NCBI GenBank assembly: GCA_045863855.1
Contig: BTVV01000032.1
Span: 1 to 57,638 of the forward strand
Direction: 5' to 3'
From: Planctomycetota bacterium
Lineage (GTDB): Bacteria > Planctomycetota > SZUA-567 > H5-PLA8
Length of the DNA stretch: 57,638 nt
Position 1 is the stretch's first letter. Every line of letters begins with the position of its first letter. The position numbers were made by a program, and so were the translations under genes. The notes below the pieces were generated by a model that saw nothing but the letters and a program-made list of their open reading frames with translations, ran no database searches and was not told where the DNA came from. Shown piece after piece: positions 9,256 through 17,828 of this stretch.

Positions 9256-10350
9256 TTACTGGTATGGCTGTACGACGCGCCACGAACGGACTTGCACCGA
9301 GGACTTCGATTCGACTGTCACGTTCGTCTTGTTCAGCGCATCGAAGGAGTACTTGATGTCCGAGGTCCCGCGCGTGCGGTAGAACTCCTTGCCGTAGATC
9401 GCGCCCGGGTTGCTCGACGAATTGGCATGGTTGCGCAGGTACAACATCAAGCCGCCGGTGACGTGGTTGCTGTTACCGCCGCCGCGAATGTCCACCAGCG
9501 CGTCGCTGCCCGTCGGGCGCTTGTTGTACACCACCATCACCAGCCCGACCCACTTGTACCCGCCCGACATGATGAACTGCGCCTGATCCGGGTTGTCGAT
9601 CTCGACCACCAGAATCCCGTAGCTCGTGCCGTTCCCGGACAGATGCAGCGTATTTTCGGTGAAGGCTCCGTTCTGGGTGCTCCCCTTCGCGTAGACGATC
9701 TTGAAGTCGTCGGGCGTGCCAATGTGGTTCCCCGATCCGGTCAGTGAAATCACCGTCCCGTCGGTCGTGGATACCGCGTCCGAGGTACTGGTACCCAAGT
9801 CAATGTTGTACTGCGCCAGGTTTTTTACCGACTGCACGAAGGCTTCCAGATCCTGGTACTTCTTGGGCAGGTCGTTGCCGACGCGGCCCTGGATGTTCGC
9901 ATCGTTGTGCTGCCCGGAGATGGTAATCCCGGTCTGACCGCTGCCGGAACCGTTCACCCAGGAACCGTCCACGTCGGCCACGCCCACCGCGTTGGGCGCC
10001 TTGTTCGTCTGCGCGTCACTGGGCTTCTCGGTGCCGTCAATGGCGTGGTCGTCGCCGTCAATGGTGTTGGGTGAGCCGTTAATCTGCAGTTCAATTCCGT
10101 TGGTGGCCGGATCGAAAGTGTCCTGGGTCTGGGGACCGGTGGAGCCGCTACCACCACCACCGCCGCCGCCACCACCACCGCCGGAACTTCCGCCACCGGT
10201 GCTGGTGCTGCTGGATCCACCGCCGCCACCGCTACCGCCACCGCTGCTCTTGCCGCCCGAGGCGCCCCAGACGTCATTCGCGCCCAAACCCAGCAAGAGT
10301 CCCGCCAGGAGGAGCAGCCAGCCTGCGTTCGACCGTTCTCCGCGTTTCAT
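9256..10350 (-). CDS. Secreted Gly-rich protein resembling the C-terminal beta domain of long PilX-like proteins
   Basis: ATG 10350 with AAGGAG RBS. Sec signal peptide, ~40 aa Gly/Ser linker, then a beta-rich domain (LHLSGNGTSYGILVV...YKWVGLVMV...IKYSFDAL...VRSWR). Confidence 0.7.
   Translation of the reverse strand: MKRGERSNAGWLLLLAGLLLGLGANDVWGASGGKSSGGGSGGGGGSSSTSTGGGSSGGGGGGGGGGGSGSTGPQTQDTFDPATNGIELQINGSPNTIDGDDHAIDGTEKPSDAQTNKAPNAVGVADVDGSWVNGSGSGQTGITISGQHNDANIQGRVGNDLPKKYQDLEAFVQSVKNLAQYNIDLGTSTSDAVSTTDGTVISLTGSGNHIGTPDDFKIVYAKGSTQNGAFTENTLHLSGNGTSYGILVVEIDNPDQAQFIMSGGYKWVGLVMVVYNKRPTGSDALVDIRGGGNSNHVTGGLMLYLRNHANSSSNPGAIYGKEFYRTRGTSDIKYSFDALNKTNVTVESKSSVQVRSWRVVQPYQ
10141..10250. 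repeat. (CCA/CCG)n trinucleotide tract encoding a poly-Gly/Ser linker
   Basis: ccaccaccaccgccgccgccaccaccaccgccg and similar; encodes a run of 11 consecutive Gly. Confidence 0.85.
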
Positions 10351-10398
10351 GTTTCTTCTCCTTATCCCCGTCAATCCAAGTGCGCTCCGGATCCACCG

Positions 10399-11133
10399 TC
10401 AGGGTTGGAACGGAGCAATCTGCAGTTCCAGCGCCGCGTCGAGCGTGATCGAGGTGCTGTTGCTGGTGATGACGCGCCGCGCGATCGCCTCCACCGTGAT
10501 GAACTTCCCGTCGGGCGTCGCAGGGTTGCTGAACCCCGTTGAGTAGATCGTGTACCACTCCCGTTCGGCTGGATCGTCCACACCGTTCACGCCGTCGTTG
10601 TCGATGCCGTCGTCCTCCCAGCGGTGCGCGTAGGTGAAGTAACGCACATCGCCAAAGACCTTCGAATGCGTGTAAAAATCGAACTCCGCCGACTCGGGCC
10701 GGGGCTTCGAGATCACGCTTCCGTTCTTCTGAGTAAATTGATTGGGCCAAGCCGCGGTTTTGGGACGGCGCAGGTCCGTGGACGGATAGAAATTGATGCC
10801 GTCCAATCCGACGTGCCAGCCTCCGGCGGCGACCTCGCCGGAGTCCGGACGGCCGTTGGAATTTCCGTCGCCGTTCCAGCCGATGCCGATCGTCCCCGTG
10901 CCCCCCGTATTGATGCTGCGAATCGCCGCGTCCAGCCCCGCTTCGGCGGCCTCGAACGCCTTGATGTCTTCCGAATCCGCCTCGGTACGTTCCGAGCGCG
11001 ACTGCATCTCCAGCAGCAACGAAGTGGCCAGCCCGGTAAGCAGCATCACGATCACCATCGCCACGATCAGCGCGGTGCCCCGCGGCGGACGGCCCGCGGT
11101 CTGAAGCCAAAGCTTTCTCAGGTTCCCGTTCAC
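10399..11133 (-). CDS. PilX/GspK-like minor pilin (N-terminal pilin domain only)
   Basis: Class III leader RG|TALIVAMVIV lacking Glu+5 (typical of PilX/GspK), AFEAAEAGLDAAI, YTIYSTG. GTG start with GAGGAG RBS. Confidence 0.8.
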   Translation of the reverse strand: MNGNLRKLWLQTAGRPPRGTALIVAMVIVMLLTGLATSLLLEMQSRSERTEADSEDIKAFEAAEAGLDAAIRSINTGGTGTIGIGWNGDGNSNGRPDSGEVAAGGWHVGLDGINFYPSTDLRRPKTAAWPNQFTQKNGSVISKPRPESAEFDFYTHSKVFGDVRYFTYAHRWEDDGIDNDGVNGVDDPAEREWYTIYSTGFSNPATPDGKFITVEAIARRVITSNSTSITLDAALELQIAPFQP

Positions 11134-11164
11134 GAACGCACTCCTCTCGAATGCCCTAACCGCG

Positions 11165-11914
11165 CTACGGAGCCGGCGGAATCTGATTACGCAAGAAAAC
11201 TTGGCTGCTGCACTGAACCAGGTGCGGGAAGCGGTCTTCCGAGACCGTCAGCAGCCAGAGGTTGATTTCCAGGATCGAGCCGTTGTTCTGCAGGCGGAAG
11301 AGCTTCCCGCTTTCGGCGCCGGCGCTCGAAACGATGGGCTGCCCCCAGTTGGCAGCGCCCGCTACCTGAATCACGTTCGTCACGCCCACCAGCCGCGGCA
11401 CGTCGCCCGAGAGCGAGGTGTTGCGTTCGATGTAGCCCATGTCGTAGCTGTCGCTCTTGTCCCCGTCGCCGTTCAGATCGATCCCCATCGTCCCTTCCGC
11501 CAAAACCTCCCGTGGAACGAAACGGAAGGTCATCGTTCCGCTGTTCTCCATGCCGTCGGTCGAGGCGCCGTAGCGCAGGAAGCCCGGATTGGATTCCGAG
11601 GAATCCTGCAACACCGTGCCGCGCCCGTTCGAATCCACGATCGGCACGAAAAAATCCACCTGCGTGTTGCCCGTACCGGACACGATCCCCAACTGCGCCG
11701 CCGAAATCAGATCCTCGGTCAGGAGCTTCAGCGTGCGTTCGCCCTTGACCTCCACGTTGCTTCGGGTCACGCGTTCGGAGACCGAACGCGTCGAGTGCGC
11801 GCTGATCTGGAAGGCCAGCCCCACCAGCAACGCCATCAGGCCGGTCGAGACGACCACTTCCAGCAGCGTCATGCCGCGCGCGCGCAGGCGGCGCGAGGGA
11901 ATGGCTAGGTTCAT
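11165..11914 (-). CDS. Type IV prepilin-like protein (PilW-like minor pilin)
   Basis: RARG|MTLLEVVVS N-methylation motif; C-terminal SQVFLRN typical of PilW/PulJ. ATGA overlap with the upstream gene. Confidence 0.85.
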   Translation of the reverse strand: MNLAIPSRRLRARGMTLLEVVVSTGLMALLVGLAFQISAHSTRSVSERVTRSNVEVKGERTLKLLTEDLISAAQLGIVSGTGNTQVDFFVPIVDSNGRGTVLQDSSESNPGFLRYGASTDGMENSGTMTFRFVPREVLAEGTMGIDLNGDGDKSDSYDMGYIERNTSLSGDVPRLVGVTNVIQVAGAANWGQPIVSSAGAESGKLFRLQNNGSILEINLWLLTVSEDRFPHLVQCSSQVFLRNQIPPAP

Positions 11915-12612
11915 AGGTTCCCCAATCGGTCGGTCAGGAATGTCACGAGCTGAATGCGGGTTTCCATCCCCGCTTGACTACGCCAGCGCACCACCACCAC
12001 CACCGGCACGAAGCGCAGCAAGTTCAGGCTGTTCATCAGGTTGTCCGTAATGGAAGCCGAACCCGAAAGGTCCATCGGGAATGGATGCACGGGCGACGAA
12101 ACGGTCAGGACATCGTCGTAGCGCCCGTTTCCGTTCAGATCGACCGGGAAATCCAGGTCCCCGTCGCCGTCCACGTCGCCGAAAACAGACTCGTCCGGCG
12201 ATTCCATCCCGATCACTTGCACGCCCAGTTCCTGCGGCACCTTGTCGCCGTCCCCGCCATCCACCACGATCGCGCCCAACCGTTGGTTAGGGGCATTGGG
12301 GCCCGCCAGGTTCACCGGTTCGACGTAATTGTGATACGCCCAGACCGGGCGCGACTCGGGCGAATCGGTGGCCGGGTTCCACGTGTCGTTCTCGAACGGA
12401 GCGGCGCGCATACGATTGATCACGCCCTTGGCCGCGTACATCGCAATGGACTCTTCGCGCGAAAGCGTCGCCAGCATCTCCGAGGTGATGAAGAGGCTGT
12501 ATACGCCCATGATCGCCGTAGTCAGCACCACCATCGCCAAGCTGACCTCCAGCAAGGTCAAGCCCTTGGGATGCCGGCTCGGCTTTCCGAAGGATCTGAA
12601 TCCCCAGCCCAT
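11911..12612 (-). CDS. Type IV prepilin-like protein (PilV-like minor pilin)
   Basis: PKG|LTLLEVSLAMVVL motif; C-terminal VVVVVRW...IQLVTFL. ATG 12612 follows GAGGAG. Confidence 0.85.
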   Translation of the reverse strand: MGWGFRSFGKPSRHPKGLTLLEVSLAMVVLTTAIMGVYSLFITSEMLATLSREESIAMYAAKGVINRMRAAPFENDTWNPATDSPESRPVWAYHNYVEPVNLAGPNAPNQRLGAIVVDGGDGDKVPQELGVQVIGMESPDESVFGDVDGDGDLDFPVDLNGNGRYDDVLTVSSPVHPFPMDLSGSASITDNLMNSLNLLRFVPVVVVVRWRSQAGMETRIQLVTFLTDRLGNL

Positions 12613-12716
12613 CTGCGTACTCCTCGCAATCAAAGAAGGGCCTTATGAGCCCGCTTCCCGTTTCAAAACAATGCCCTAGGGCGGAAATCGGACAGGGTCC
12701 GGTTTCTCATCATGCA

Positions 12717-12744
12717 CAACGCGCAGAACGGGGTGGTGTTGGCG
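12717..12744 (-). promoter_or_regulatory. Candidate ECF-sigma promoter for the pilin operon
   Basis: Minus strand reads CGCCAAC-N16-CGTTG, fitting the generic ECF AAC...CGT pattern. Lies ~105 nt before the pilV-like start and downstream of a terminator. Confidence 0.35.
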
Positions 12745-12854
12745 AAATCCCAAACGTTAAAATAACGGTTAAAGTCAATACTGGTAATGTGTTATGGAAT
12801 ACATGGCGAATCGTTCAAAAAAATACACCAACGCCAAAGGATTGCACATGAACG

Positions 12855-12882
12855 AAAACCGCCTGCGCAAGGCAGGCGGTTT
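12855..12882 (-). terminator. Intrinsic terminator after the anti-sigma gene
   Basis: AAACCGCCTGC-gcaag-GCAGGCGGTTT hairpin with a T-run on the minus strand, ~30 nt after the 12911 stop. Confidence 0.8.
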
Positions 12883-12910
12883 AGGGGCTCGTGGTTGAGC
12901 CAAGTTATTC

Positions 12911-14941
12911 TTAACCCTTACCGGGCTTATCCGGTTTGTCTGGCTTTTCCGGTTTATCGGGCTTGTCCGGTTTATCGGGTTGATCCGGTACCTCAGGTTT
13001 ATCGGGCTTGTCCGGCTTATCGGGTTGATCCGGTTTATCCGGCTTATCGGGCCTGTCCGGCTTGTCGGGCTTATCCGGACTCTCGGGCTTATCCGGCGCG
13101 CTGCCGCGGTCGGGGCGATCCGGTCCGCCTACGTCCGATCGGCCGCTCTCCGGCTTCTCGCTCGGCTTGGGCGACTCGTGCTTTTCGCTCGGACCTTCCG
13201 AGGAATCGTTCTCCGGGGCTCCGTGTATGGCTTCGCTCTTTCCGGGCCCACCGGGGCTCTTCACCGATTGAACGCCCTTGCCGAGCACCTCTCCGCCATT
13301 AGGGCCCTTCCCGGCATTTCCCGAAGACGGATTCGCAACGCCACCCTTGCCTAAGGCCGCGGCACCCGACTTCCCATGGGCCTTACTCGAAGCATCGCCC
13401 GAGTTTGCCTTACCCTGCGCAGATGGCCCGGATGCTTCTTTACCTTGGGCGTGGGCCGGCGGGCCGATTCCATTGGCCTTGCCGTTACCAGATCCGTTTT
13501 CGTTCCCGCCGGCCTGGGCGTGTTCCGGCGGGCCGCCGGCCGTGGCGCTCTCGCCGCCTTGGCCGGATCCTTGCCCTTCCGGTCCGGTATTCTGCGCGCT
13601 GTCGGATCCTTCTTGCGCATCCGTCTTGGGCAGCAGGGATTCGGGCGCAGGTGAAGAATCCTGAATCGGCAGGCGCTCCTGCAACTCGGGAGCGGCAGGA
13701 TTCAGTTGCTCTTGCCCATGGGCCGAACTGGGCAGGAGATCCTGGGTTCTGGCATTGCTCTGAAGCGCGTCCGAGATCGAACCGACGGCCACTTCGCGCT
13801 GCGCCACGGGCAAGCGGCTTAACTCGGCCTGCAGCGCGTTCAAGCGTGCCTGATCCTGTTTGAGCAGCTCGGCGTATTGCGGCTCGTTAACCACCGCGTC
13901 CTTGTGCCGGACCGCGATGGATTGCAAACCTTCGGTCGAGAGCGTGGTCAGCATGCGCTGCAACCGTACCGAATCGGCGGGCGGCAGGTGCGGGCGGTGC
14001 ACGGCCAAATCCAGGCGGTTGGCCAACCCATTGAGCAGTTCGGCGCGCGCCAGCGGATCGACGACCGAACGCATGCTGAGGGCGCCTTCGGCCAGTTGGG
14101 CCGTAAGGGTCAGCCCCGGCGCGGGCGGCGCCACCAGCGCCGGTTCGAGCGTGCGGCCTTCCAGCAGATCGCACGCATATGCCGTGATTGCGATGGCCGC
14201 GGCCAGCGTGCTGTCGGAGTTTTCGTCGAGCGCATCCAGCGCGTGGCGGCGAGAACGGAAAGCGCCGGCGCGGTCGAGCAGGATCTGTCCTTCCTGGATA
14301 GCCGGGAGCAGTCCGAAGTGGAACGTGCGCAGGTACGCCACCGCCACGACATGCCGTTCCGTTTCTGAATTGCGGTAGAAGTACAACGCTCCTACAAGGT
14401 CGTCGGCCAGGCGCTCGTGGGTCTGCGCCATCTCGGGGCCGGGCGCGTACTGCGCGGCGGAAAGCAGATCCTGTTGAAGCGCCTCGAGGATGGCGAGCTG
14501 ATCGCCGAAACGCTGCGTGAAGAGCGGCGAGACTTTCACGACCGGTTGCACCGGCGGGGCGCTCTGCGACATCCAAATGCCCCACCCGCCCGCCGCCAGC
14601 ATGGCCAAACCCATCCAAATCGTCATGGGCCGGCGATACCAACTGGGCTTGCTCAGCGCTTTCTTCTTGGTCTGTTCGCGAGCTTGGCGCTTGCGCGCTT
14701 CGGCGGCGGGTACGGCCAGCACCAGACCCAGCAGGCGGCGCTTGCCCGTCTCGTTCGGCTCGACCGGCAACGCCGCGTAGGCGCGTTCGATCAACTGGGT
14801 GCGCGCCAACTCGCGGCGCGCCACAGGATCCTGACGCAGCAGGCGCTCGAAATCGGTGAGTTCTTCGCCGTCCAACTCGTCGTCGAGGGCGCGGTTGAGC
14901 AGCACCTCGGTGCGGTAGCGGTGGGAGGAATGGTCGCTCAT
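12911..14941 (-). CDS. Transmembrane anti-sigma factor with helical periplasmic domain and low-complexity (PDK)n tail
   Basis: N-terminal anti-sigma-domain-like LLNRALDDELDGEELTDFERLLRQDPVARREL (no His/Cys zinc ligands), TM helix near aa 106-124, ATGA overlap with the ECF sigma gene. Confidence 0.8.
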   Translation of the reverse strand: MSDHSSHRYRTEVLLNRALDDELDGEELTDFERLLRQDPVARRELARTQLIERAYAALPVEPNETGKRRLLGLVLAVPAAEARKRQAREQTKKKALSKPSWYRRPMTIWMGLAMLAAGGWGIWMSQSAPPVQPVVKVSPLFTQRFGDQLAILEALQQDLLSAAQYAPGPEMAQTHERLADDLVGALYFYRNSETERHVVAVAYLRTFHFGLLPAIQEGQILLDRAGAFRSRRHALDALDENSDSTLAAAIAITAYACDLLEGRTLEPALVAPPAPGLTLTAQLAEGALSMRSVVDPLARAELLNGLANRLDLAVHRPHLPPADSVRLQRMLTTLSTEGLQSIAVRHKDAVVNEPQYAELLKQDQARLNALQAELSRLPVAQREVAVGSISDALQSNARTQDLLPSSAHGQEQLNPAAPELQERLPIQDSSPAPESLLPKTDAQEGSDSAQNTGPEGQGSGQGGESATAGGPPEHAQAGGNENGSGNGKANGIGPPAHAQGKEASGPSAQGKANSGDASSKAHGKSGAAALGKGGVANPSSGNAGKGPNGGEVLGKGVQSVKSPGGPGKSEAIHGAPENDSSEGPSEKHESPKPSEKPESGRSDVGGPDRPDRGSAPDKPESPDKPDKPDRPDKPDKPDQPDKPDKPDKPEVPDQPDKPDKPDKPEKPDKPDKPGKG
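12920..13097. repeat. Degenerate 9-bp tandem repeat encoding (P-D/E-K/Q/R)n
   Basis: Plus strand units such as cttatccgg / tttatcggg / cttgtccgg. Protein: PDKPESPDKPDKPDRPDKPDKPDQPDKPDKPDKPEVPDQPDKPDKPDKPEKPDKPDKP. Confidence 0.9.
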
Positions 14942-15552
14942 TCGTCCGCTCCTCCCGCTTCCGCTTCCAATTCGACTTCCCGGCCGCGAGAAGTGCTCTC
15001 CAGGTCGAACTTTCGGCCCAGCTTCTGACGCAGGATGCGCCGCGCTTCGTACATGTGCCAGCGCGCCGTACTCTCCTTCACGTCCAGAACCTGAGCGATC
15101 TCCGTATAGTCCATACGTTCGACCGTGCGCAGGACCATCGCGATCTGCTGCTCCTTACTCAACTCTTGCACGGCCTGCCACAACGCCTGCACCAACTCGC
15201 GCTCGATCAGGACCGTCTCGGGACCTTCGCCAACCTTGACCGGACCCTGGTTCGACATGTCCAGGACCACATCGCGCGCCCGGGGCGACTTGCGGAGGTC
15301 CAGCACCAAGTTGGTCGCGATACGCAGCAACCATGCCTTAAACTGTCCTTCGGGCTTGTAGTTGGAAATATTCCTGAAGGCGCGCAGGAATGTCTCCTGC
15401 GCGATGTCTTCGGCGTCCGACTTCCCAAGCGTCAGGCGGTAGGCATACGAATATATGCGATCCCAATACGCCTCCACCAACGCTTCGGCGGCCGAAGCGT
15501 CTCCTTGAAGGTAGGCATCGACGAGTTCGTCGTCGCTGGGCGGAGGATTCAC
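14938..15552 (-). CDS. ECF-family sigma-70 RNA polymerase sigma factor
   Basis: SDDELV...GDASAAEALV, DAEDIAQETFLRAF, FKAWLLRIATN, region 4 YTEIAQVLDVKESTARWHMYEAR. GTG 15552 preceded by AAGGA; TATAAT at 15570-15565. Confidence 0.93.
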   Translation of the reverse strand: MNPPPSDDELVDAYLQGDASAAEALVEAYWDRIYSYAYRLTLGKSDAEDIAQETFLRAFRNISNYKPEGQFKAWLLRIATNLVLDLRKSPRARDVVLDMSNQGPVKVGEGPETVLIERELVQALWQAVQELSKEQQIAMVLRTVERMDYTEIAQVLDVKESTARWHMYEARRILRQKLGRKFDLESTSRGREVELEAEAGGADE

Positions 15553-15855
15553 AGGCTTCCTTATATTATAGACTGGGTTTGGCTCACCTAACGCACGTCG
15601 TGATCCGATCAAAATGGTCTTAGCAAATGGTTGGCGCAAAAGACACTGAAATTCATTCACTATCTTAACTACTTGATGTGCATAGCTTATTTAAGTTACC
15701 CGCCCATACTTGCGATCTAAAACCGGGACGTGCAGCACACGTGCGGCCAATTTTTCTTCCTCTGCGGAGTAGTTTTTAGCGCCTATTCGTCGCACGAAGC
15801 ATCTGCCGGAATGGCTTCGATGCCGCATCCCACGACGTTGCGGAGCGGTATAGCA

Positions 15856-17529
15856 TCAGAAATTGAAGGTGAATCCGGCGTCGATCTGGTGTCGGCCGTA
15901 CTCCTGGTCGGATCGCGTGGAGTCCTGTGCTTCGTACGTATAGCCCCAATTAAAAGAGAAGTGCTTCCAGAGCTGGTAATCGAGCCTCGCTTCGCCGCGC
16001 AGGCGCTGGTCGGTGCGCTGCGGCGCCGTCGCGGACTGGCTTTCGGGGTAGTCGTCGCGCCGGTAGGTCCCTTCCAGTTGGCCGTACAGATCGCGCCAGA
16101 TCTTCGCTCGATACATCAGCCGGACGCGCTGCGTGAACCGCTGCGAGACATCGGCTTGGCTCCAGCGGTAATCGAGGTTCCCGCGCAAGCGCAGCTCGTG
16201 GTCCCAGAGCGGCAGCGTGCGCCGCCAATCCCAAAAGACCCGCGCGCGCGTGCCGGTGAGACCCTCGGATGCGCGGAAGTAGTCGGGTTCGCCGTAGCTC
16301 GCGCCGAAACGCAAACGGTGCGGCCCGCTGCGGTACTCGGCGCTCGCCTCGACAAAGTGCTCGCGCGAATAAGGCTGGTAGTCGAACTGCGCGTACTTGA
16401 AGCCGTACTTCAACTCCATCGTACGAAACGGTCCTGCCTGAAGAAACCGCAGCGAGATCGTGCCGGTGTCTTCGAAGTAATCGTTGTCATGCACACGCGG
16501 GTAATGCAGGCCGAAATGCTCGCCGCCTACCCAAAACTCGAAGCGCTCCCGACGCAACAGGCGCCCTTCGCCCAGCGCGTAGATCTGCGTGAAGGTATCG
16601 CGTTCGTTGAGCACCTCGCTTTCGTCGCCGGTGGCGATGATGCCCGTATCGAATCCTTCGAGCACATCCAGATAGAGCCGGAAAGGCCGGCCGGCGATCC
16701 GGTCGGCCGCCTTAGCCGCCTCGACCGACCACTCGCCCGAGCCGCCGCGGCCCAAGTCGGCGTAAGCGGACTCGGCTTCGCGGGAACGGCCCAATCCTTC
16801 CAGGCAGGCGGCCTCGTAGTACCGCGCGGCATCGGCCCGGGCGGAGCTTTTCTCGCGAACGAATTGAAGGTGCGGAAGCGCTTCGGCGAAGCGCTTGGCT
16901 TTGTACAAACTGCGCGCCAGCATCCAGCGCCGATACGGATCGTCCGGGAGCGCCTCGGCCAGGCGTGACCAGGCGTCCGCGGCTTCGGCATATTGGCCCG
17001 TATCGTAGTAGCAGTGCGCGACGAACTCCCGCGCCGAAGCGCCCCAATCGTCCTCGCGTTCGGCAAGCGCCTTGAACGCCGGCAGAGCTTCGGCCGCGCG
17101 ATCCTGATTGTATTGTGCCGAGGCGAGCCCGAACTGCGCCGCTACCAGATCCGCGTCGTGCTTCAGCGCCTCGCGGAAAGCCTGTTCCGCCTCCGCATGG
17201 CGCTTGAGCTTGGCCAACGTGCGTCCCAATCGATGCTGGATATCGGCCGGCGTGTGGCCCCGTTCGGCGGCTTTGCGCAACGCGTCGAGAGCTTCCTCGT
17301 ACTCGGCGGAGTCGTACAGCGCACGCCCCAGCCGATACCAGACCGACTCGGCTTGCGGGTACTTTTCGGCCAGCTTGCGCCAATACGGAAGAGCGTCGGC
17401 GTCGTGGGCCAGTTCGGCCTCGCGCCAAAGCGGATCCTGTTCGGGAAGCTCCTGCGCGCAAAGTGGCAAGCCGCATGCCAGCGCGAGACCGAGCACGAGC
17501 CAGCCCATAAATCCAAAATCAACGCGCAT
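15856..17529 (-). CDS. TPR-repeat outer-membrane beta-barrel protein (Slam/DUF560-like architecture)
   Basis: Signal peptide, about 6 TPRs (VWYRLGRALYDSAEYEEALDALRKA and similar), amphipathic beta strands, C-terminal aromatic beta-signal AGFTFNF. Start ATG 17529. Confidence 0.75.
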   Translation of the reverse strand: MRVDFGFMGWLVLGLALACGLPLCAQELPEQDPLWREAELAHDADALPYWRKLAEKYPQAESVWYRLGRALYDSAEYEEALDALRKAAERGHTPADIQHRLGRTLAKLKRHAEAEQAFREALKHDADLVAAQFGLASAQYNQDRAAEALPAFKALAEREDDWGASAREFVAHCYYDTGQYAEAADAWSRLAEALPDDPYRRWMLARSLYKAKRFAEALPHLQFVREKSSARADAARYYEAACLEGLGRSREAESAYADLGRGGSGEWSVEAAKAADRIAGRPFRLYLDVLEGFDTGIIATGDESEVLNERDTFTQIYALGEGRLLRRERFEFWVGGEHFGLHYPRVHDNDYFEDTGTISLRFLQAGPFRTMELKYGFKYAQFDYQPYSREHFVEASAEYRSGPHRLRFGASYGEPDYFRASEGLTGTRARVFWDWRRTLPLWDHELRLRGNLDYRWSQADVSQRFTQRVRLMYRAKIWRDLYGQLEGTYRRDDYPESQSATAPQRTDQRLRGEARLDYQLWKHFSFNWGYTYEAQDSTRSDQEYGRHQIDAGFTFNF

Positions 17530-17828
17530 AGCTCGATCTTCGATCGGCGAGACACCCCCCAAACTCAAAGCATTCGTATTTTCCAGAAGGGGTCAAGGGT
17601 GTTCGTCCGGATCCGTGCCATGGGGACCGTTCCGCTCGATCGCGCGGGACACTAAGCGGTCGCAACGGTGGTTTTTGCGACTTATTGCTTTCGCTGGGCC
17701 CTGCATGAGTTCGTGCTACGCGGCCGAGAATGATTAATTGCGGCTTTAGGCACAGACCCCTTGATGCGGTGGTGCGACCTTTCCTCCCTCCCCGGCCGCA
17801 AGTCGCATGCAAACTGGAGCATGCCTGG

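Noticed and set aside
12920..13097. Repeat array considered as CRISPR or VNTR
   Set aside because: 9-bp period with no spacers and synonymous variation; it is a coding PDK repeat.
15620..15640. Possible sigma-54 promoter upstream of the ECF gene
   Set aside because: TTGCT is present but the -24 position reads CG, not GG.
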